The notes beneath the pieces are model-generated. The model had not been told where the DNA came from. It did no database searches and worked only from the letters and a program-made list of their open reading frames with translations. Below, piece by piece: positions 25,976 through 32,000 of a stretch of 32,000 nt of DNA. Made by a program: the position numbers and the translations under genes. Every line of letters begins with the position of its first letter. Position 1 is the first letter of the stretch. The stretch comes from Trichlorobacter lovleyi SZ (GTDB lineage: Bacteria > Desulfobacterota > Desulfuromonadia > Geobacterales > Pseudopelobacteraceae), in the NCBI RefSeq assembly GCF_000020385.1, contig NC_010814.1, positions 2,940,001 through 2,972,000 of the forward strand, given 5' to 3'.

Positions 25976-25995
25976 GTACCATGAGGTACTACGCA

Positions 25996-27474
25996 ATGTC
26001 TGAAAAATCCATGCCGCTGCGCCTGGTGATAACCACGCCAAAGACCATCCGAAACCGGTCCATTGCCGGGGTCTACCTGATTACCGATCAACAGGACGAC
26101 CTGCTTAAACGGGTGGCCCAGGCCCTGCGTGGCGGGGTGACGGTGCTGCAGTACCGCGCCAAAGACAAACCCTATGAGTTCTGCCTGGAAGAAGGGAGCC
26201 AGCTGAAACAGCTCTGCAGCCGTTTTGGCTCCCTCTTTATCGTCAACGACGACCTGAGGCTTGCCCATGCCCTGGATGCCGATGGCGTGCATCTGGGACA
26301 GGAGGACAGCTCTCCCCAGCAGGCCAGGGAACTGCTGGGACCGGACAAGATCATCGGTGTCTCCACCCATAATCTTGATGAGGCACTCAAGGCAGAGTCG
26401 GACGGCGCCGACTACCTGGGATTTGGCGCCATGTATCCCACTGACAGCAAATCGATCACCCATATGCCCGGCACCTCCGGTCTGGCTGCCATCCGTGACC
26501 GGGTCAAGCTGCCGATTGTGGCCATCGGCGGCATCAGCCCGGCCAATGCCTGCCGGGTGATTGAGGCCGGCGCCGATGCAGTTGCCGTCATCTCCTCGGT
26601 GCTGGCAGCCCCCCGGCCTGAGGTGGCTGCCACGGAGCTGCGCCTGCTGTTCAACCGGCTGGCCCCCTATCCCCGTGGCGGCGTGCTGACTATTGCCGGC
26701 AGCGACTCCGGCGGCGGCGCCGGTATCCAGGCCGACCTGAAGACCATTACCCTGCTGGGCAGCTACGGAGCCTCGGCCATCACAGCCCTGACCGCCCAGA
26801 ACACCAGGGGGGTCAAGTCAATTCACGGCATCCCCCCCTCCTTTGTCCGGGACCAGATTGATACGGTCCTGACGGATCTGCCGATTGATGTGATCAAGAC
26901 CGGCATGCTGCATACCCCGGCCATCATCTCGTTACTGGCCGAGTACCTGACCGAACAGCCCAACTACTACCCGGTGGTGATCGACCCGGTCATGGTGGCC
27001 AAGGGGGGTGCCTCCCTGCTTGAACTGGATGCCGTATCGATCTTTCAACAGGCCCTGTTACCCCAGGCCTACCTGTTGACCCCCAATATCCCCGAGGCAG
27101 AACGTCTGCTCAATTGCCGCATCAACAGTGAGGCCGCCATGGAACAGGCAGCCCGGCAATTGCACGGCATGGGTGCCGCCAATGTCCTGCTCAAGGGGGG
27201 ACATCTGAGTGGTGGTGATGCCGTTGATATACTTTTTGACGGTCAGACCATCCAGCGTTTCAGCTCTGAACGGTTCTTCACCAGCGCCACCCACGGCACC
27301 GGCTGCAGTTTTGCCTCTGCCATCGCCGCCTGTCTGGCCCAGGGTGAGCCGCTGAGAGAAGCAGTTCGCCTGGCTAAAAACTTTATCACCACTGCCATCC
27401 GCCTGGCCCGCCCGATGGGCAAAGGCCATGGCCCGATCAACCACTATCTTGCTGCAAAGGAAACAGACCAATGA
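25996..27474 (+). CDS. thiE/thiD: Bifunctional thiamine-phosphate synthase (ThiE, N-terminal) / hydroxymethylpyrimidine-phosphomethylpyrimidine kinase (ThiD, C-terminal)
   Basis: ThiE part: GVYLITD, LQYRAKDK, DGVHLGQED, GVSTH, ADYLGFGAMYPT, VAIGGI. ThiD part: VLTIAGSDSGGGAGIQADLKT, ALTAQNT, IKTGML, VIDPVMVAKGG, TPNIPEAE, LLKGGH, HGTGCSFASAIAA. ATG 25996 preferred (GAGGT 8 nt upstream); the track start at 25981 lies only 6 nt after the terminator T-run. Confidence 0.9.
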   Translation: MSEKSMPLRLVITTPKTIRNRSIAGVYLITDQQDDLLKRVAQALRGGVTVLQYRAKDKPYEFCLEEGSQLKQLCSRFGSLFIVNDDLRLAHALDADGVHLGQEDSSPQQARELLGPDKIIGVSTHNLDEALKAESDGADYLGFGAMYPTDSKSITHMPGTSGLAAIRDRVKLPIVAIGGISPANACRVIEAGADAVAVISSVLAAPRPEVAATELRLLFNRLAPYPRGGVLTIAGSDSGGGAGIQADLKTITLLGSYGASAITALTAQNTRGVKSIHGIPPSFVRDQIDTVLTDLPIDVIKTGMLHTPAIISLLAEYLTEQPNYYPVVIDPVMVAKGGASLLELDAVSIFQQALLPQAYLLTPNIPEAERLLNCRINSEAAMEQAARQLHGMGAANVLLKGGHLSGGDAVDILFDGQTIQRFSSERFFTSATHGTGCSFASAIAACLAQGEPLREAVRLAKNFITTAIRLARPMGKGHGPINHYLAAKETDQ

Positions 27475-28760
27475 CCCAGCTTGAAGCCGCCCGCAAAGGG
27501 ATTATCACTGACAAGATGAAGACCGCCGCCACGGCTGAAGGAGTTACCCCGGAGTTCATCCGTGACGGTATCGCCAAAGGCACCATCATCATCAGCCACA
27601 ATGACAAGACCCACCAGCACGGTATCCCGCTGGCAGTGGGAACCGGTCTGCGCACCAAGGTCAACGCCAACATCGGCACTTCGGCTGATGACACCGACAT
27701 TACCAAGGAGCTGGAAAAGGCCCGGGTGGCGGTCAAGCATGGTGCAGACGCCATCATGGACCTCTCCACCGGCGGTCCGGTTGACGAGATCCGCCGCGCC
27801 ATCGTGGCTGAGACCACCGCCTGTATCGGCTCGGTACCGCTCTATCAGGCAGCCACCGACACCGTGCGGGTCAAGAAAAAGGCACTGGTGGATATGACTG
27901 CCGATGATATTTTCAAAGGGATCATCAAGCATCTGGATGACGGCGTCGACTTCATCACGGTCCATTGCGGCGTAACCCGCTCTACGGTGGAGCGGATGAA
28001 AAACGAGGGGCGGATCATGGATGTGGTCTCCCGCGGCGGTTCCTTTACCATTGAGTGGATGTCCTACAACAACAAGGAAAACCCGCTCTACGAAAACTTT
28101 GATCGCCTGCTGGAGATCACCAAGGAATACGACGCCACCCTGTCACTGGGGGATGGTTTCCGCCCCGGCTGTCTGGCCGATGCCACTGACCGGGCCCAGA
28201 TTCATGAGCTGATCATCCTGGGTGAGCTGACCCAGCGGGCCTGGGATGCCGGGGTCCAGGTCATGATCGAGGGGCCGGGCCATGTGCCGCTCAACCAGAT
28301 TCAGACCAACATTCAGCTCCAGAAACGGCTCTGCCACGGTGCGCCGTTCTATGTACTGGGACCGCTGGTGACCGACATCGCGCCGGGTTACGACCATATC
28401 ACCTGTGCCATTGGCGGCGCCATCGCCGGGGCGGCCGGAGCAGACTTCCTCTGCTACGTCACCCCGTCTGAACACCTGGCCCTGCCGGAGATCGAGGATG
28501 TCCGCAACGGCGTGATCGCCTCCCGGATTGCCGCCCATGCCGCCGACATCTGCAAGGGACTGCCCGGTGCCATTGAGAAAGATAACGCCATGGCCAGGGC
28601 ACGTAAAAAGCTCGACTGGGAGGGGCAGTTTGCCCTGGCCCTTGACCCGGACCGGGCCCGGGAGTATCGTGCCAACTCACCGGTATCCGAGCATGGCGCC
28701 TGCACCATGTGCGGGGAGTTTTGCGCCTATAAGGTCATGGATGAAGCAATGAAGCGGTAG
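27471..28760 (+). CDS. thiC: Phosphomethylpyrimidine synthase (short anaerobe-type ThiC)
   Basis: Full-length ThiC collinearity ([33 protein letters not shown]-like [23 protein letters not shown]), with C-terminal CTMCGEFCA cluster motif. ATGA overlap with the upstream stop. Confidence 0.95.
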   Translation: MTQLEAARKGIITDKMKTAATAEGVTPEFIRDGIAKGTIIISHNDKTHQHGIPLAVGTGLRTKVNANIGTSADDTDITKELEKARVAVKHGADAIMDLSTGGPVDEIRRAIVAETTACIGSVPLYQAATDTVRVKKKALVDMTADDIFKGIIKHLDDGVDFITVHCGVTRSTVERMKNEGRIMDVVSRGGSFTIEWMSYNNKENPLYENFDRLLEITKEYDATLSLGDGFRPGCLADATDRAQIHELIILGELTQRAWDAGVQVMIEGPGHVPLNQIQTNIQLQKRLCHGAPFYVLGPLVTDIAPGYDHITCAIGGAIAGAAGADFLCYVTPSEHLALPEIEDVRNGVIASRIAAHAADICKGLPGAIEKDNAMARARKKLDWEGQFALALDPDRAREYRANSPVSEHGACTMCGEFCAYKVMDEAMKR

Positions 28761-28920
28761 GAACGGTCTTTTCCCGCTCTGGCCAAGTCAACCATCGGCA
28801 GCGATTGTGCGGCATACCATGCTGTACGCCTCCGCTCGCTGTCTTGCTTGCCTCAGCCATAACGGAAAAATCCTCGTTCCGCACAAAAGTCTGGCAGTTT
28901 TGTTGGTATGGAGGTTGGTC

Positions 28921-29340
28921 ATGGGCGACATCACCCGTTTCGGTATCTCGATTGACAGCGATCTGCTGGACAGTTTTGATCGCCTGATCACCCGCAAGGG
29001 ATACCAGAACCGTTCAGAAGCGATCAGAGACCTGATCCGGGCCACGATTGTGGAAGAAAAAATGGATGCCGGCCACGAAGAGATGGTCGGCACCGTTACC
29101 ATGGTCTATAACCACCATGTACGCGATCTGGCGGACAAACTGACCGAACACCAGCATCAGCACCATCATCAGGTCATCTCTGCCCTGCATGTGCATCTTG
29201 ACGCCCATAACTGCCTGGAGGTACTGGTACTGAAAGGCAGTAGCGCCGAAATCAAACAGATCGCGGATGAATTGCTGGGCGTCAAGGGGGTCAAGCACGG
29301 CAAGCTGTTCCTCACCTCGGCAACCCCAGAACATCACTGA
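28921..29340 (+). CDS. nikR: Nickel-responsive transcriptional regulator NikR
   Basis: RHH N-terminus: [37 protein letters not shown]. His-rich HQHQHHH, and the high-affinity Ni site pattern [13 protein letters not shown] (H-x-H-x5-C), collinear with E. coli NikR. ATG 28921 has GGAGG 6 nt upstream. The track ORF was over-extended to 28807. Confidence 0.92.
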   Translation: MGDITRFGISIDSDLLDSFDRLITRKGYQNRSEAIRDLIRATIVEEKMDAGHEEMVGTVTMVYNHHVRDLADKLTEHQHQHHHQVISALHVHLDAHNCLEVLVLKGSSAEIKQIADELLGVKGVKHGKLFLTSATPEHH

Positions 29341-29343
29341 TTC

Positions 29344-30093
29344 ATGTCCGCTGCGCACCAAAGCCGGAAGACCCGGTCCATCCGGCTCTATCTGTCTGTC
29401 TCACTACTGCTGCACGGATTATTCTTTGTGGCGGCAATCGTACTGCTCCCCCCCCTTGTCCAAGCCCCCCCCAAAGAACCTGCTCTGGTGATGACCCACC
29501 TTGTGTCTCTGCCGACTCCAAACGCAGGTAAAGAGACAACGTCCCCGGCACCGGCGCTGCCCGTCATTAACAGACCCACACCTAAATCCCAACCTCAACC
29601 ACAGCCGCCACCGCCCAAAAGCGTCGCACCAACGACATTCAGCAGCAATCCGCCGCTCAAACCCAGTGAACCGGCACCACAAGCCCCCCCTGCGCCGACA
29701 TTCAGCGCGCAACAGACCAAGGCTGGCGTTGCGTCAAAACCGGAGACCGGTTCCCAGCCGGCGGTTCAAACCAGTACAACAACAGGTGGCAACCGGATAG
29801 CGCCTCAGGAAATGGCCTTTGGCAGTGCCAGCGGACCGGCATTCCGCAGGCAGGCGGTGCCTGTCTACCCGGCCCTGGCAAAACGGCGGAATAAGGAAGG
29901 GGTTGTACTGCTACGCCTCAGTATCAGCGAAACCGGCCAGCTGACCCAGCTTGAGGTCCTGGAGGACCCGGGCTATGGCTTTGGCGAGGCCGCTCAGGAG
30001 GCAGTTCGCAATTCAAGCTTCACCCCGGCTCGCCACAACGGAAAACCGGTTGCCGTACGGGCAGTCCTACCGATCCGTTTTTCACTGCGTTAA
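29344..30093 (+). CDS. tonB: TonB-family energy transducer
   Basis: N-terminal TM helix (LYLSVSLLLHGLFFVAAIVLL), a Pro-rich spacer (PKSQPQPQPPPPKSVAP...) and a C-terminal TonB domain (PVYPALAKRRNKEGVVLLRLSISETGQL...GKPVAVRAVLPIRFSL). It starts 3 nt after the nikR stop. Confidence 0.85.
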   Translation: MSAAHQSRKTRSIRLYLSVSLLLHGLFFVAAIVLLPPLVQAPPKEPALVMTHLVSLPTPNAGKETTSPAPALPVINRPTPKSQPQPQPPPPKSVAPTTFSSNPPLKPSEPAPQAPPAPTFSAQQTKAGVASKPETGSQPAVQTSTTTGGNRIAPQEMAFGSASGPAFRRQAVPVYPALAKRRNKEGVVLLRLSISETGQLTQLEVLEDPGYGFGEAAQEAVRNSSFTPARHNGKPVAVRAVLPIRFSLR

Positions 30094-30857
30094 CAGGCGG
30101 TCACCCCCCGCCTGCCGCAGACGACACAGGCCTGCATGGAAAACGGCGGTTCCAGCCTGCATCCGGCAAGCAATTCCGTATCGGCAAAGATCTCCTCAGC
30201 AGTACCGTCTGCCCGGATCTCACCCCCGTGCATCACAATCACCCTGTCGCAGACCTCTGCCACCATATCAAGGTCATGGCTGGTAATGATCCTGGTATGG
30301 CTGAAATTTTTCAGCAGCTTGATAACCTCCCTGCGTGAGAACGGATCAAGACCTGCGGTCGGCTCATCCATAACCAGTATGGCAGGGTCCATGGCCAGTA
30401 CCGTGGCAATGGCAACCCGTTTCTTTTCACCGCAGGAAAGCCGGTAAGGCGGCTTTCCCGCCAGATGCCCGGCTCCTACGGCCTGCAGCGCAGCGGCCAC
30501 CTGCGCTTCAATATCGCCGGGAGCCACACCGCGGTTGAGCGGTCCGAAGGCAATGTCATCAAAAACCGTCGGCATGAAGAGCTGGTCGTCAGGGTCCTGA
30601 AACACCATCCCCACTGTCCGCCGCACCTCTTGCAGCGTCCTGGGTGTAACCGGGAAGTCACCGATTCGGACCTCACCCGAGCTGGGAGTCAGACAGCCGT
30701 TTAACTGCTGCAACAGGGTGGACTTTCCGGCCCCGTTGGCCCCGATCAGTGCCACCGACTCACCGTGATGGATGCAGAACGACACGGAACGCAACGCGGC
30801 TGTCCCATCAGGGTAGGAGAAGCTGAGCCGGTCTGCTGCAACAATGTGGTGGCTCAT
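30090..30857 (-). CDS. cbiO: ECF-type Ni/Co transporter ATPase component (CbiO/NikO)
   Basis: Walker A GANGAGKST, signature LSCGEKKR, Walker B ILVMDEPTAGLD. ATG 30857 forms an ATGA overlap with the cbiQ stop. The track ORF was over-extended to 30953. Metal specificity is not determinable from sequence. Confidence 0.85.
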   Translation of the reverse strand: MSHHIVAADRLSFSYPDGTAALRSVSFCIHHGESVALIGANGAGKSTLLQQLNGCLTPSSGEVRIGDFPVTPRTLQEVRRTVGMVFQDPDDQLFMPTVFDDIAFGPLNRGVAPGDIEAQVAAALQAVGAGHLAGKPPYRLSCGEKKRVAIATVLAMDPAILVMDEPTAGLDPFSRREVIKLLKNFSHTRIITSHDLDMVAEVCDRVIVMHGGEIRADGTAEEIFADTELLAGCRLEPPFSMQACVVCGRRGVTAC

Positions 30858-31684
30858 GGCATGAGCCTCCCTGCATTGAAAAATGCGGTAACAGCATGAC
30901 CGATACTGAGGGGAATGTTCGTGAAACGCAGGATCATGAACAGGGCTGTCCAACTGACAAGAAAGGACAGTTCAGGCAGACCAAAACCACTACCGCGCTG
31001 AAGATGGAAGGTACCCTGGAACCCCCGGGCCAGCATCGCCATATGAATCCGCTCAGCACGTTCCCAGGCTTTAAGCAGCAAATGCCCGGCCATGGAGGTA
31101 AACGGCCCCATGCCCATCCCACGTGTGCCAAAGGCACGCAGTTCACGGGCACGGGAGGCCCTGGCAGCAGCATCAGCAAGCACAAACAGGTAGCGATGCA
31201 TAAAGAGAAGTTGCACCGCAAGCGGATGCGGCATGCCGAGACGTTCCAACGCCTCGCAGACCGCCGTGAAACCGGTGACCGCCACCAGTATGACTGCAGC
31301 AGTTACGGTCAGCGTAGCACGCAGCACAATGGATGCACAGGACAGCCAGCCACCACTGACTGCAAAGGACCCGAGGTAAATCTGAATCTCCCGGTCAAAC
31401 AAGGGGTTGAATATGCCGATTGCAGCGGCAAACGGAATTACCAGGGCAACCTTGCGAGCAATAAATACTGCCGGCAGATCCGCCAGCACCACCACCGCCA
31501 CCGGGAACAGAAAGAACGGTACCATTGCACTCAGTTCATACCGGCCAAACGATACAACCGTCACAATGAATATCAGTACCACCAGCACCTTGGCCCTGGC
31601 ATCAAGGCGGTGGATACGCGTATCCCGGACAGCAAGCTGGTCCAGCTGCCGAAAGTCCAGCATTGCCCCTTCTATGGTTGCCAT
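30854..31684 (-). CDS. cbiQ: ECF-type Ni/Co transporter transmembrane (T) component (CbiQ/NikQ)
   Basis: RIHRLDARAKVL..., a multi-TM profile, and a position between the PDGLE/CbiM-type gene and cbiO. ATG 31663 (MLDFRQ) is an alternative start. Confidence 0.75.
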   Translation of the reverse strand: MATIEGAMLDFRQLDQLAVRDTRIHRLDARAKVLVVLIFIVTVVSFGRYELSAMVPFFLFPVAVVVLADLPAVFIARKVALVIPFAAAIGIFNPLFDREIQIYLGSFAVSGGWLSCASIVLRATLTVTAAVILVAVTGFTAVCEALERLGMPHPLAVQLLFMHRYLFVLADAAARASRARELRAFGTRGMGMGPFTSMAGHLLLKAWERAERIHMAMLARGFQGTFHLQRGSGFGLPELSFLVSWTALFMILRFTNIPLSIGHAVTAFFNAGRLMP

Positions 31685-31700
31685 GACCGCCCGCAGCCCT

Positions 31701-32000
31701 TCACGCCGTTGCTCTGACCCGTTTCAGCAGGGCTCCTCCCAACATGAGCAGCAGCAGGGTGATCATCACGCCGACGAGTCCGGCCAGGCTGGTTCCGGCT
31801 GTTTCAGCAGCACGGCTTGCAGGAGCCTGCGCTTCAGCTACAGCAGGATGTTTGAAGGCATAGTCCGGCAGGAATGAAACCGTTTCCTGCAGACCGGCCA
31901 GCCAGCTATGCAAGCGGTTATCCGGTGCCTTCAGCTCTGCAGTCCCGGCAACTCTGGTTATGGCCCACTCCAGTCCGTCAGGGTTGTTTGATGCGACCAG
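31701..32000 (-). CDS. 3' end of a PDGLE-domain protein (CbiN-like / C-terminus of CbiM-NikMN type ECF substrate component); 5' end lies beyond the window
   Basis: My own translation shows the frame is open to the window edge: LVASNNPDGLEWAITRVAGTAELKAPDNRLHSWLAGLQETVSFLPDYAF...LAGLVGVMITLLLLMLGGALL. It has the PDGLE motif and a C-terminal TM helix. The track start at 31913 is only an internal TTG. Confidence 0.6.
   Translation of the reverse strand: MVASNNPDGLEWAITRVAGTAELKAPDNRLHSWLAGLQETVSFLPDYAFKHPAVAEAQAPASRAAETAGTSLAGLVGVMITLLLLMLGGALLKRVRATA

Noticed and set aside
25786-26463. 225-aa ORF on the minus strand
   Set aside because: It is antisense to the thiE domain and runs through the TPP riboswitch and its terminator. 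It has no motifs and no SD, so I treat it as a shadow ORF.
28812-28831. GGCATAC-N6-GTACGCC imperfect inverted repeat downstream of thiC, with CATAC/GTATG reminiscent of E. coli NikR half-sites
   Set aside because: The arms have a mismatch. The CATAC and GTATG pentamers are about 90 nt apart and in the wrong orientation for a GTATGA-N16-TCATAC box.
28807-28920. N-terminal 38-residue extension of nikR in the ORF track, with analogous extensions at 1464-1520, 3687-3740, 7106-7201, 10751-10789, 16603-16626, 18484-18540, 20342-20425 and 30858-30953
   Set aside because: In each case an internal start gives a canonical family N-terminus, and it either has a good SD or forms a stop/start overlap with the upstream gene. 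The extensions have no family-like sequence, or would overlap the neighbouring gene extensively.
29388-29800. Several 60-100 aa ORFs in other frames and on the other strand within tonB
   Set aside because: They are by-products of the Pro/Ala-rich, C-rich tonB spacer region. The tonB frame has the coherent TM / Pro-rich / C-terminal-domain architecture.
30896-31717. 273-aa ORF on the plus strand
   Set aside because: It is antisense to cbiQ, with His/Gln/Lys-rich nonsense composition. I treat it as a shadow ORF.
1-32000. Looked for CRISPR repeats, tRNA or rRNA genes, IS elements with transposases, integrases, toxin-antitoxin pairs and known defence-system hallmarks
   Set aside because: None was recognised. 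The intergenic gaps are short, and every large ORF has a metabolic, envelope or regulatory assignment. Only a proper scan (tRNAscan, Rfam, ISfinder, DefenseFinder) could exclude small elements.

Overview
The window reads as ordinary chromosomal DNA from a Geobacter/Desulfuromonadales-type bacterium. That assignment is an inference from a PpcA-type triheme cytochrome, System II cytochrome c biogenesis genes and overall gene content. I saw no rRNA, tRNA, CRISPR array, transposase or integrase.

Layout, left to right:
- 1-2.9 kb: tail of an unknown gene, a secreted parvulin-type PPIase, and a divergent two-gene unit. That unit encodes a CheY-like receiver and an unusual protein with tandem MshEN-type (c-di-GMP receptor-like) motifs fused to a CheX-type CheY-P phosphatase domain.
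- 2.9-17.6 kb: one minus-strand block of 13 tightly packed or overlapping genes, bracketed by two strong hairpin terminators. It encodes a glycan assembly pathway: GT2, GT4 and GT11 glycosyltransferases, a GT2-GT4 fusion, a GtrB/ArnC-like polyprenyl-phosphate glycosyltransferase, a YfhO-like GT-C membrane protein, a Wzx flippase, GDP-fucose synthase, a DUF268-like methyltransferase, an embedded winged-helix regulator and an NPPY methyltransferase.
- 17.6-20.4 kb: ccsA and resB (System II) and a triheme cytochrome c7.
- 20.4-25.7 kb: purD, purH, selD and alr.
- 25.8-28.8 kb: TPP riboswitch followed by thiE-thiD fusion and thiC.
- 28.9-32.0 kb: nikR-tonB converging on Ni/Co ECF transporter genes (cbiO, cbiQ, PDGLE protein).

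Main points beyond the ORF track:
- selD is a selenoprotein gene. An in-frame TGA at 24538-24540 restores the conserved N-terminus.
- Many track ORFs are over-extended at the 5' end. I trimmed them to starts with SD sequences or stop/start overlaps.
- A roughly 120-nt imperfect palindromic element sits between purH and purD.

I found no clear defence-type or mobile novel system. The best candidates for something undescribed are the CheY / MshEN-CheX pair and the GtrB-like plus GT-C module in the glycan operon. All family assignments come from motif recognition by eye. No searches were run.
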